Positions 37,980 to 49,432 of a stretch of DNA of 64,000 bases are shown here, one piece after another. The position numbers were made by a program, and so were the translations under genes. Within the stretch, counting starts at the first letter, position 1, and each line of letters starts with the position of its first letter. The notes beneath the pieces are model-generated. The model was not told where the DNA came from. It saw only the letters and a list, made by a program, of their open reading frames with translations, and made no database searches. Source of the DNA: Chrysemys picta bellii. Taxonomy: Eukaryota. The stretch covers positions 325,872,001 through 325,936,000 of the forward strand of contig NC_088791.1 of assembly GCF_011386835.1 (NCBI RefSeq), written 5' to 3'.

Positions 37980-38550
37980 AGACAGCCCTGCAGCTGGGAG
38001 GTGTAATTCCCGGCTGGGGGGAGGCATAGATGCATTAGCTCTGCTCTAGGTAGTGCTAAAGATAGCAGAGTGGCTGCGGCAGTCACCTGAGTAATAACCT
38101 AGGATCTCAGACAGGGTTGTACACAGGTGGCTAGCCCGAGCAGCCTCCCACGCCCCCATGGATACACTGCTGTTCTTTGGGCAGCTCTACACTCAAAGCA
38201 CTGCACTGGTGCAGCTGCGCCACTGTAGCACTTAAGTGAAGAGGCTACCCCAGTAGCAGAGTTTCTCCCATCAGTGTAGTTAATTCACCTTCCCAAGAGG
38301 CGGTATCTAGGTTGATAGGAGAAGCTCTCCTGCTGCTATAGCACACTGTCTACATGGGGTTATGGAGTTAGGTCGCTATAACTGCGTCGCTCAGGGGTGT
38401 GGATTTTTCACACCTCTGAGCGATGTAGTTATACTGATATAGGTCTTCAGTGTAGACCTTGCCCTTAGTGCGCTAGCTCAAGCAGAGCTAACACATGCAT
38501 GTCTACCTGAGCTGGGAATTACACCTCCCAGCTGTAGTGTAGACATAGCC
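37980..38550. mobile_element. Harbinger-type MITE containing a second Harbinger-type MITE (about 38179-38464)
   Basis: Outer element ends agtgtagacatagcc; inner element runs gggcagctctacact...agtgtagaccttgccc and matches the 24094 and 60988 family. Confidence 0.6.
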
Positions 38551-40369
38551 TTTGGGGCAAATTTTCAAAACAGGCACCTCAGATTTGCCAGTAAAAGTTA
38601 AATATGCACCCACTGCACACACAAAGTCCACATGCACAAATTGCATGTGCAGACAAGCAGTTAGGTGCACATTTGCCAAGTTTGCAGGCACAAATGACCC
38701 TTTACATATACAAATGCAGGATTTTCAAACATTACAGTCTGTGTGTGTGTGTGCACATCTGGAGGACACATCATAGATGCTGCCTTAGAAAATCTGGGCT
38801 TAATTTTAGTTTTAGTCAATATTCAAGTGAAATTAACCTGTAAAACATATGGTACAAATAGTGCTCACCTAAGAGGATTGTGCAGTTCAGGTTTGATTTG
38901 TGACCCTGTTTTAAATTCCCAATCGTGTGGGAGTCCACTATTGGCCTTTAAACAGAATAAACTGAAACCTTCCACAGCTGCCTTTCATCACTGACACTGT
39001 TGCAGACAGATTCCAAAGCAGACAGTCTTTATCTGGTGGAGTTATTGGAACTACCGTGGATTATTTCATGCAGAGCAAACCTAACGTGAGCATTGTCAGG
39101 AACAAAGAAATCATGTTGTTTAATTCCCCAACTTGTGCCTGTTTGTATTTGAGATAAATGTTAGTATTACGTACAATAATTCAGTTTGAGGGGAAAAAAA
39201 TTTCTAAAAATGGAGATTTGACAGTGGATTTTAAATCACATTTGGACATCACACTTTTGAATTCACAATTTCCATAGATTACTGGCATCTGTGGACCCTA
39301 GATAGTCTGTAATCACTAAGATTGTTCTAATCTTCCTCTGAAAGGTTTTCAAAGGAAGTATTGAATTACACAGATTGTTAGGAGGACTGGGTTTTAACTT
39401 GCAAGAAAGTACTTTAAAGGAAAATGCGTACATTAGTGCAAGAGCTATAAAGTCAGGATATAATGCTTGTAACATTCAGACATCCTGATGTGCAATTTGT
39501 TATCCAAATAATAAAACTTCCTGGCAGACATAGTCTCTGCTGTATTCAGTGGTAAGCATGTAAACACACTAGCAAGACATTGTTCTCATTTCTGAACCTT
39601 TTCTGCACCTCTCCTTTTCACTTGTTCTCTGCTGTTTGTTAATATCACACTATGAAGTTAGGGAAAAGCTATAGAGGAGTGACATAGCTAGAGACCTAAC
39701 TGGTATGAAAAGCAGCATATGAATAAAATAACAAGAAAGAGCAGAGCTGCATTTTCCAGAGGAGAATGCGATTTAGATTCCTGCTAAATGATTGGACTGT
39801 AAAGGCTGAAAATCAGAAACCTTCAATATCATGGGCCTGATTCTGCTCACACTTAAAATGGTGAAAGTTAAGATTAACTCCACTGAAGTCAATGGACAGC
39901 CACCAGTGTGAAACTGGTATAAAATCAGAATCAAGCCTGTTGTGTCAGTTTGACCTCCATTAAAACTAATGGAGTGGCACCAGGGATTATACTGGCCCGT
40001 TAAGTGTTTTAGGCTAGTTAACCCTTGATTTTACTGGAGATAGAAGTTTTCCCTCCTGTATGAGCGCTCAACAGCGGAATACCCTCACTCCAATGTGAGG
40101 GGATTAAATGCATATCTGAGGATTGCAAAAAGGATGTGGGAAATGTAAACCAAAAGAGAGTCTTTGGCTAAAAGTGAAGTCATATTTTTTAAAAATGTTT
40201 GCACTGCTGACAGCTTTCAGAGGTAAAACGTAACATGCTAGCAGTAACCAGCGTAGTAGTGTTTGGCCTGACCTGAGTCTGCACGGAGGGAGAAGAGGGC
40301 TAAGGGAGAACCATACCTAACCCATCACTATACCCGAGAAGCATCAGGGCAGTATGCTGTCCTTGTGCT

Positions 40370-40430
40370 GTCTTGGCGTGGGAGCCTGACGTCATGCCCA
40401 ACTGTGCGCGGAGGAAGTGTGCTCTGCGCT
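40370..40430. promoter_or_regulatory. CRE plus ETS/PU-box motif pair in a CpG-retaining unique block
   Basis: Perfect TGACGTCA at 40387-40394; GAGGAAGT at 40411-40418. Confidence 0.4.
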
Positions 40431-41326
40431 TGGAGGCATAGTCAGTGCTGCATGTGCATGAGTGACGGTGCAGGCACATGGTCTGTGGCTGGCAGCGTGC
40501 ACCAGTGGGATGAACCCTTCCTCCTGATTGAGGCAGCAGGAGCGGTGCATGCCCTGCCATCCTCCCCTGAGCTAAGCAGCGCAAAGGGAAACACTTCCCT
40601 GCTCTGACATCAGAACAGTTGATCCATTCGACAGCGGGTGCAACCCTGCTCTCTAACTGGGTACCAGAGCAGAGAAGTGTTTCCCTTTGTATTACGTCTC
40701 ATTTGGGACAAAGGTTTCTGAAACTTGAGGGAAGTGTCACAAAATGTAAATGAAATCTAAGGGAATGTTCAGTCTTCCTGGGACAGAGCGGAGCTGAGTT
40801 GGATGGATCAGATGTTCGGAACATAGCCATATTTTATTGTATTACTTTGTTATCAAAATATTGTAAGTTGACTGAGGGAGGAACATTCCTGTCAGGGAAT
40901 TGGCAGGCAACTCTTCTTAGGGCGGAACCTGAGCTTCCAGCTTTGGGTTGAAACTGGAAAAGTCCTTTTTTGGTTTGCATTGCTGCCGACTGTAGAAAAA
41001 TCATTCTCCAGAGCTATGCAAAACCCATGACATCCCGGGAAAACATTTGTTCTGCTCACATGTTGATATAATATTAATGAAAACTTTAAGATTTTGTTGG
41101 GTGTGACATGACGCCGTGACAGTGAATTCTCACATTGTGGTGGGATGCAATTGTGACACAACAGTGTTTTCACATTCTGGTGCCCACATATCACAGAGGT
41201 GACTTGGACTACATGGCCACACACCAGAGTAAAGACCTCCCCTAACATCCCTGTGCAAGCCACCTGGACTTTGGTTCTGGGTATGCAGATGATGGTCAAT
41301 CCTCCCCAGATGGGTGGTGTTACAGC

Positions 41327-41900
41327 CCTGGCCGACTGCCCTTTGTGGACCGTTACCAGCCTGCTGTGCTGAATTCGGCTTTTGGATTCTGTGTGCTTTC
41401 TAGCCAACTGAGCAGCATCCTGACACTGTCTCTCATTCCAGCATCTCAGGGACACTCCTGTGGTGCAGACTTCCTATCTGGTACCCTTTCTTGGAATGCG
41501 AGGCCCAGGTGTATTGTCTCCTCAGTAGTGTACACACATACTCTTCCCAGAACTCCCCCTCGGGGGCACGCTAGTGTATAGTTTAACTCTGTGGGGACCA
41601 ACGGACAGTTAAAGCAAGGAACTCACAGGCTTTTTACAAAGGAACTTCTTAAATACGCCCACTTTATTCATAGGAAGCAAAGAGTTACAGAGCAATGGAC
41701 AAGCAACAAACACCTACATGCAAACCCCTCTCTGCGCTGTCAGCACCATTCCTGAGAGCGAGAGAGTGTCCAAGCCTCCTCTTCTCCTGCTCAGTCTTCT
41801 GGTTCTGGTCATGGGCTCCCCCTAATATGCTGCACATATAGGCCAGCCAGAGCAAGGGGACATCAGGGAGGGAATCGTAGCCCGATAGACTGGACTTACA
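41327..41900. mobile_element. Probable decayed LTR
   Basis: tgttaca...ttaca ends and LTR-like composition; no TSD found. Confidence 0.35.
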
Positions 41901-42003
41901 GGGAGGCTGAGCAACCTGAACTCCAGCTGAAGTCAGTGTGGGGGCTGGAGATACATTTGGCTCTATCTGTGATGTTAATTGCTTTATGGGGAATGGGCTA
42001 CTT

Positions 42004-42338
42004 CAGGGATTGGCAACGTTTGGCATGCGGCTCGCCAGGGTAAGCACCCTGGTGGGCCGGGCCGGTTTGTTTACCTGCCGCGTCCACAGGTTCAGCCGAT
42101 CGTGGCTCCCACTGGCCGCGGTTCGCCTCTCCAAGCCAATGGGGGCTGCGGCAAGCGGCGGCCAGCACATCCCTCGGCCCATGCCGCTTCCTGCAGCCCC
42201 CATTGGCCAGGAGTGGCGAACCGCGGACAGTGGGAGGTGCGATCGGCCGAACCTGCGGACGCGGCAGGTAAACAAACCGGCCCGGCCCGCCAGGGTGCTT
42301 ACCCTGGCAAGCCGCGTGCCAAAGGTTGCCAATCCCTG
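42004..42338. mobile_element. Palindromic hAT-Charlie-type MITE, copy 2
   Basis: TIRs cagggattggcaac and gttgccaatccctg; perfect TSD ggctactt. Confidence 0.92.
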
Positions 42339-42654
42339 GGCTACTTGATCTAATAGGTCATCCCTGTCTCTGGTTTCTACAGTTTTCTGCTCTATGGGCT
42401 ATTCTAAATACAGATGTTGCACCAGTTCAACTAAATGGATAATAATAATATAATAAATGATGATAGGTAATATTGCATTGATTTTAGGTAAACTGGAGCA
42501 GCTTTGTGAGTGGACACTTTCCATTGCTTTAAACCTGGCTTACATCAGTTAAATCAATCCAATAACAGTAGCAACATTAACCGGGCTTAAAGTGATGTAT
42601 CCACACTTAAAGTTAAACCGATGCAGCTTCTGCGTACAGACTAGGCCATAAGAG

Positions 42655-43500
42655 AAGAAAAATTTTAAAAGCTGGAGGGAGTAACAAAACATGCCTTATA
42701 GAGATAGACACAAGGAGCTCAATCTATTTAGCTTAACAAAGAGAAGATTAAGGGGTAACTTGATTACTATCTATAGGCATCGACACGAGGAACAAAGATT
42801 TAATAATGGACTCTTCAATCTAGCAGAGAAAGGTAGAACACGATCCAATCACTGAAAATTGAAGCTAGGCAAATTCAGAGTGGAAATAAAGTGTAACTAT
42901 GTAACAGCGACAGTAATTAACCACTGGAACAATTTACCAAGGCTCGTGGTGGATTCTCCCTCACTGACAATTTTTAAATCAAGATTGGATGTTTTTCTAA
43001 AAGATCTGCTCTAGGAACTATTTCGGGGAAGTTCTATGGCCTGTGTTATACAGGAGGTCACACTTAGGGTGACCATAGGTCCCCTTTTGGCCGGGACAGT
43101 CCCTTTCTTAAGCCCTCTCCTGGCTATTCCGACTTTTTTCACAAAAGTGGACATTTGTCCTGTTTGATCAGTTGGCAACTTGATCAGTTGGCAAGAGCAA
43201 ACGGGACAAATGCCCACTTTTGTCCAAAAAGTGGGGTGCGGAGGAATGTGCAGGAGGCGAGTGGCTATGCCAGCCCTGTGGTGTGGTGGAGGCAGGGGGT
43301 AAACAGGGCTCAAGCGAAAGTGATGCCAGTGTCAGCCTCACGCAGGGGGCAGGCAGGGTGAGCAGCTCAGACCAGCCCTGCAGAGGGAGGGGTGGAGGGC
43401 TTGGGCCAGCCCCACACGGTGTTCCGTTTTCCCTTTGGGAAATAGGGTCATCCTAGATGATCACAGTGGTCCTTTCTGGCCTTGGAACAAATGAATCTAT
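42655..43500 (+). mobile_element. CR1 3' fragment split by a Blackjack-type MITE
   Basis: aagagaagattaagggg...caggaggtcacact, then the insert, then gatgatcacagtggtcctttctggccttgg...atgaatctat (CR1 terminal repeat). Confidence 0.85.
43065..43455. mobile_element. hAT-Blackjack-type MITE
   Basis: TIRs tagggtgacca and gggtcatccta; the head resembles MER94-like tagggtgaccata..gggacagtccc. Confidence 0.75.
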
Positions 43501-43522
43501 TAATCTGTTAGACCAGCTAGTA

Positions 43523-43742
43523 CAGGGGTTCTCAGACTTTTGTACTGGTGACCCCTTTCACACAGCAAGCCTCTGAGTACGACCCCCCCTTATACATTAA
43601 AAACACTTTTAAATATATTTAACACTATTATTAATGCTGGAGGCCAAGCGGGGTTTGGGGTGGAGGCTGACAGCTTGTGACCCCCCATGTAATAACCTCG
43701 CGACCCCCTGAGGGGGCCCGACCCCCAGTTTGAGAACCCCTA
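43523..43742. mobile_element. hAT-Charlie-type MITE
   Basis: TIRs caggggttctca and tgagaaccccta; perfect TSD agctagta. Confidence 0.88.
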
Positions 43743-44430
43743 AGCTAGTAGGTTAAGCTAACCAGGAACAAGGCATTCTGATTCCGGAATAAGAGGGTTC
43801 ACACATGGAGTTAATCAGGAACAACTCTATGTGTAGACAAGCCCTAACATCGCATCCACAAACTAAGGAGATCCGGAGTTATTTTCAAATCAGGAAAAAG
43901 ACAGGACACAAACACACCCTGCAGCATGAGGCTAAGACCAGTGGAAGGTCAGCGAATGTATTCTGCCTCTAGACTAGATGTAAGCCTGATAACTGTGCCA
44001 AAGACCATACTTGGATTTTGTCAATGTGTCTCTTCAGCTCTTAGTACCTCAGCAAGGGCTGGCACTGTGGTTGAAGTGGCTGGATACACAGATTTACTGT
44101 ATGTGCGTTCAGTTAGCAGCAGGATCATAAAATGTGTGCCCTCTGGCCGATTATTCTTCACAAGGGAGGTTTGTTTTCTTTGTCCTTTAGTTTTTTCAGT
44201 TTAAAATCATTGATTTGGTAACTGACGGGAAATATGGAGCAGCAATGGGCCTAATTCTGCACTGACATAAGCCATGGGGAATCAGGGATATCTCTACAGA
44301 AGACAATGGGATGCTAACAATGTAACACTAGTGCAAAAGCAAATAAAGGCTCATTTATAAAAATTTCAAAAATGCCTAAGCAGTTTAGGAGCCTAAATCC
44401 TATTTATTTTCAATGGGATTAGGCTCCTAA

Positions 44431-44843
44431 AGAAAGCTGGGCAGGCAAAAGTTTTCCCATCCTGGGAAACTATTTTAAAAAAATTTCCCATCCTGAAAAG
44501 TCAAAATTTCTAAAATTTCACAAACTGGCAAAAAACAAAACAAAAAAAAAGAAATTCAGTTTGGGTCAATCAAAATGATTCCTTTAGAGTATTTTGTATT
44601 TATTTATTTTTAAACTATAATTACCTTGAATTGTAAAACGGAAATGAACCAAAAACCCAAAACCATTTTGTTTCAGAAATGTCAAAACGGGACAGTTAGC
44701 CATTTTGAAATCTTTTCTTTCCAAATTTTTTAAAGTCAAAAAATTTGTCAGACCTGACTCCTTCTCACAAAGAGTTCTCGTTTTGAAAAACTGGCATTTT
44801 TCAGTGAGAAAAGGTCTTGTAGAAAAATTCCTGACTAGTTCTA
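44431..44843. mobile_element. AT-rich hAT-type MITE (agagctgg..ccagctcta family; relatives about 15446-15531 and 34200-34416)
   Basis: Degenerate termini aaagctgggc and ctgactagttcta. Confidence 0.5.
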
Positions 44844-44857
44844 TTAATAAATCACTT

Positions 44858-45102
44858 AGTGAGACAAGGTGGGAGAGGTAATATCTTTTACTGGACCAAC
44901 TTCTTTTGGTGAGAGAGACACGCTTTCGAGCTCACATGGAGTTCATCTTCATGTCTGGGAGAGGTACCTGAAGAAGAGCTCTGTGTAAGCATGAAAGCTT
45001 GTCTCTTTCACCAGCAGAAGTTGGTCCAGTAAAAGATATTACCTCAGCCACTTCGTCTCTCTCCTGTCCTGGGACCAACACAGCTACAACACTGCAAACA
45101 AT
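44858..45102. mobile_element. Older Penelope-derived hairpin element
   Basis: Inverted arms gagacaaggtgggagaggtaatatcttttactggaccaacttc and gaagttggtccagtaaaagatattacctcagccacttcgtctc; flanking repeat atcactt; degenerate CTGAAGA..GAAAGCTT motif. Confidence 0.75.
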
Positions 45103-45564
45103 ATCACTTCGGTGCTTTTGAAAATGCTGTTCATTGTGACTGATGGTTAGAGCAGGGACCTGGGAGTAGACTCTGAGTTTCTGTCTCTGTGGCTATCACT
45201 GGCACTCTGTGTAGATATAAACAGTAAGTGCCAAGTGTTTTTAATAATTATTATGGCCACCTTGTGTAAGATACTTTAACCCCAGTTCTGGGTTACCCAT
45301 CTGCAATGTGTATAATAATATTTACTTCTCCCATATGAGTGGGGTAGGTTAATAAGGGCCTTCCTTTATTCATGTGTTGTAGCACCTTACTCAGTAAGAG
45401 TCCTATTTACTTCAGTGGGGCCATTTGGGGGGACTATTCAGTCTGAGTAAGGATATCAGAATCTAGCCTCCGTGTTTGACTGCTCTAAGATCCTCAGATG
45501 AAAGGTGCAGCATCACGGCACTGATATTTTTATTTTAAATATTTCAGAAGGGCTGCTAGTTAAC

Positions 45565-46351
45565 TAGGGTTACCATACGTCCGGATTTTCCCGGACATGT
45601 CCGGCTTTTTGGGACTCAAATCCCCGTCCGGGGGGAAATCCCCAAAAGCCGTACATGTCCGGGAAAATCCGGCGCCGCTGGGCCGGGGGCTGGCCCGGGG
45701 CCGGCGGTGCCGGGCGGCCGGGGGGTGTGCCGGGCCGGCGGTGCCGGGCGGCCGGGGGGTGCGCCGGGCCGGCGGGGGCCGGCGGTGCCGGGCGGCCCGG
45801 GGGTGCGCCAGGGGCCGGCGGTGCCTGGCGGCCGGGGAGTGCGCCGGGCTGGCAGCGCCGGGCGGCCGGGGGGTGCGCCGGGCCGCCGGGGGCCGCCGGC
45901 GCTGGGCCGCCGGGGGGTACGCCGGGCCGCCGGGGGCCGGCGGTGCTGGGCGGTGCGCCGGGCCGCCGGGGCCGGCGGTGCTGGGTGGGCCGGGGACCGG
46001 GGGTGCTGGGCGGGCCGGGGGTGCTCGGCCGGGGACCCGGGGGCCGGGCCGGGGGTGCTCGGCCGGGGGCCCGGGGGCCGGCAGTGCTGGGCGGGCCGGG
46101 GGGTGGTCGGCCGGGGGCCGGGGCCGGCACCCCAGGGCCCGAGCCGACCCAGGCTGGAGCCGCCGGGGGGGCCATCCTGGGCTGCGCCTCCTCCCCCCAC
46201 ACCCCCCTTACCTGCTTCAGGCTTCCCGCGAATCAAATGTTCGCGGGAAGCAGGGGAGGAGGCGGAGACTTTGGGGAAGGGGCGGGGGCGGGGCGGGGCC
46301 GGGGCCCCGTGGAGTGTCCTCCATTTGGAGGCACAAAATATGGTAACCCTA
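45565..46351. mobile_element. Young Blackjack-type hAT MITE carrying a GC-only minisatellite
   Basis: TIRs tagggttaccata and tatggtaacccta; flanking repeat agttaac (7 bp matching); CpGs intact. Confidence 0.9.
45672..46140. repeat. GC-rich minisatellite, unit about GCCGGCGGTGCCGGGCGGCCGGGGGGTGCGCCGG
   Basis: Direct reading of tandem degenerate units. Confidence 0.85.
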
Positions 46352-46504
46352 AGTTAACAGTACTTTGTGCTTATTGAGCCTGATCCTGGCTGGTGCTCTG
46401 TAGCCTCATCTAATCTTCCACTGACTTGCTGGCTCAAACAAGTCCCTGGGCATTGGGGGAGGGCAGTCCCTTGTAGGGTCAGGCCCCTGTAGAACCTTCC
46501 ATCT

Positions 46505-46700
46505 GCAGAACTCAGAGTGCTTTGCTGATATGAATGAATTTGGCATGGCACCAGCCCTGTGAGGCAGGAGAAAGGAAGTGCTATTGTCCCTGTTTTAAAA
46601 ACGGGGAGACAAGGCACAGAGAGAGTCTGGGGCAGAACTCAGAACTGAACTTACATCGCCTGACTCCTAGTCATGGGGCTCAACAATAGGGCATCCTTCC
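46505..46700 (-). mobile_element. MIR-like SINE
   Basis: ccctgtgaggcagg..tattgtccctgttttaaaaacggggagacaaggcacagagag matches the reverse MIR core. Confidence 0.55.
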
Positions 46701-47462
46701 TAGTGCCCCTCCCAACAACTGGAAGAGCAAAGCACAACAATCAGGCCATATATTGTATCCTTTTAGTGTTCGTATGTCTGTCATTGCCCCACTGCTTAGA
46801 GTTAAATGATCATTGTATATGAATGGAATCAGTAGAAAGCTATGTGGAAACAAGGATGTTTTAACCTTTCCATGTGTTCCCTTTCCAAACACAGAAATAA
46901 GTTCTTTCTAAGTTCTAACAGGGTGTTATAATTTTGTTTGGGGCCACGCTGCATTAGCCTGACGAATATGGATCGTTTCACATCCTACCAACTGAAGACA
47001 GTCCCATGGGGGAGAAGGGTAGTCCTCACGGAGTGTATCTGTTTAGACCCACATTTAATTTTGTGAAATTCAGACTAAATTGTAAGGGGAAGAGAAGTAT
47101 AATGCATCTCTAAAGAACTATGCCACGTTCTTCCATTAGATGACTAATGGTGCGGAGCCTTAAACCTTATCCTTTGGTATCTTTTGGATTCCTGACAACT
47201 CCACTCTCTCCTGGGACGAATAAATAGCAGCCTGTTCCCAGGAAGATTAACTAGTACAATGATGGAGGAAAAACCAGCTACTTTTCAGAGTGCTCTACTT
47301 AAACTGCCACCCAAACTTTTACCTCCCCAGCCTCCTCTGCCATTTGCTTTTCTGGCACTTTCATTTGTCAAACTCTATAATATTTTGGTGTGTTTAAAAA
47401 GAACCCAGTTTTCTCACTGTGATAACTGATTAGACCTGGGATTTCGTCCACTTGATTAAAAT

Positions 47463-47642
47463 GGGGGGAGGGATAGCTCAATGGTTTGAGCATTGGCCTG
47501 GTAAACCCAGGGTTGTAAGCTCAATCTATGAGGGGGCCACTTAGGGATCGGGGTAAAAATCAGTACTTGGTCCTGCTAGTGAAAGCAGGGGGCTGGATTC
47601 AATGACTTTTCAGAGTCCCTTCCAGTTCTAGGAGATGGGTAT
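47463..47642 (+). mobile_element. Turtle PolIII/SINE (tRNA-derived head, CR1-derived tail)
   Basis: gggagggatagctcaatggtttgagcattggcctggtaaacccagggttg head with A box; tail ggggctggattcaatgac...cccttccagttcta. Confidence 0.85.
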
Positions 47643-47789
47643 ATTAACATGTGGTTAGCCATGGGAAGAGGGTCAAAAAATGACTATCAGTTATGTAATC
47701 CTTTTCTCTGACTTCACGGAATCTATTCCATCTTGGCTGATTCAGAAACAGTTCTGCACTGAGTGGAGCTCAGATGGTATGTTAGGTGT

Positions 47790-48222
47790 TTACAGACAGG
47801 CATGGAGACAAATGGTGAAATCCTGGTCCTGTTGGGTATAGCAACACTGCATACTAAGCCCAGGCTCTGACTCAGGCTTGAGCGTCATCCAGACACAAGA
47901 CAGTCTGTCATGGGTCAGCAAGCACTCAGGACCCAGGTCCTAGGATTTCGCTAAGGGGATGGGTCAGAGTCCAAGTTCCATTGTAACTTGGGTCCAAGCC
48001 CTGTCATTTTGCAGTGTGGATGCAGCTCAAGCCGCAGACTTGAGTCAGAAGGTCTGTGTAGTGCTATGTGGACGCAGTAGCATGGCTGTGAGACCCAGGT
48101 CCAGCAATTGTAAGCCCAGGTTTACAATGCAGTGTGGACGCTCACATGCGGGCTTGGAAACACCGAGTCCACAGCCCCAGGTCCCGCAGTCCAGGTTTAC
48201 ATTGTAATTTAGACACAGCCAT
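47790..48222. mobile_element. Probable Harbinger-type MITE
   Basis: Repeated gcagtgtggac/agtgtggat motifs and an end resembling tagacacagcc; left boundary uncertain. Confidence 0.4.
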
Positions 48223-48641
48223 TGAGGTCAATGGCAAAACTCCCATTGACTACAACAGGGCCAGAATTTCACACAAGGTCCCTGCCCTGAAGACTTGACA
48301 GTCTAGCTATCTAGACAATGTAAATAGATAACGTTCAACTAGGAAAGGGGGAATTGGGAAGCAGCAAAGGCAAAGTTTAGCACAAGTCTTACCAATGTAA
48401 CCACTTTCATTTAGACGTAGGGAGCAATTCACCATGCCTTGTCTGGTCATGAATATCACTGCAAAGTGGCTGTAAAATATTATCACATCCGAATGGCAGC
48501 ATTTCCACACTTCTTGCTTTCCTTTTTCCACTGGTGTAAAATGAAGAATCTGGCACTTTCCATCTAGTTTACTCATAGCGCTTGTTTAAGGAAGTACTAA
48601 AATAATTTATACTGGTTTTCTGTGCTGTCTGACTCTCTAAA

Positions 48642-48837
48642 AAAAGAACAGGAGTACTTGTGGCACCTTAGAGACTAACAAATTTATTAGAGCATAAGCT
48701 TTTGTGGACTACAGCCCACTTATTCGGATGCATATCCACGAAAGCTTATGCTCTAATAAATTTGTTAGTCTCTAAGGTGCCACAAGTACTCCTGTTCTTT
48801 TTGCGGATACAGACTAACACGGCTGCTACTCTGAAAC
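48642..48837. mobile_element. Minimal Penelope hairpin insertion (inverted pLTR only)
   Basis: About 65-bp near-perfect inverted arms (gtggcaccttagagactaacaaatttatt family); 13-bp TSD ctgactctctaaa at 48629-48641 and 48838-48850. Confidence 0.9.
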
Positions 48838-49150
48838 CTGACTCTCTAAAGGGTCTCAGATGCAGTTTGTATAACAGATACTATACATACAGGAGCAGAT
48901 CCTCCGCATTTTATGCCAGCTAAGGATCTGTCCCGCACTTTCTTTCTTCCCTTTCTATTGTACTCTATTTAATTACCCAGATAGATAATACACTACCACT
49001 TTTCACTTCCATATATTGTCCTATCCAAGGCTCTCACAGCACTATACACACATTAATGAGTTAAGCATAGCTCCTTTGAGGTATCAAATTTACTGATCTG
49101 TAAAACGAGACATACAGAAGTTAAGTGACTTGTCCAAGGTCACACTATGA

Positions 49151-49432
49151 GGGCATGTCTACACTTACCGGGGATCGACGCTGTGACTATTGGTGCACTG
49201 GGGATCTTCACTAGACCCGCTAAATCGACCGAAGATCACTCTCTCGTCGACTCCGGTATTCCACCGGAATGAGAAGAATAAGGGAAGTCAACAGGAGAGT
49301 GTCTCCGATTGACGCAGCATGGTCTACACACAGCAGTAAGTCGATCTAAGCTACATTGACTCCAGCTACGTTAGTCACGTAGCTGAAGTGGCGTAACTTA
49401 GGTCGACTTACCCCCACAGTGTAGATAAGGCC
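49151..49432. mobile_element. PIF/Harbinger-type MITE inside a MIR-like SINE
   Basis: Termini gggcatgtctacactt and agtgtagataaggcc. Confidence 0.7.

Noticed and set aside
40892-41455. 187-aa minus-strand ORF
   Set aside because: No recognisable motif, and it overlaps a probable LTR remnant.
45570-46377. Five overlapping 206-249 aa Gly/Pro/Ala/Arg-rich ORFs on both strands
   Set aside because: They lie within a GC-only minisatellite inside a TIR-bounded MITE; stop codons are absent for compositional reasons.
47463-47540. tRNA gene (also 61550-61628)
   Set aside because: These are SINE heads with degenerate B boxes, continuing into CR1-derived tails.
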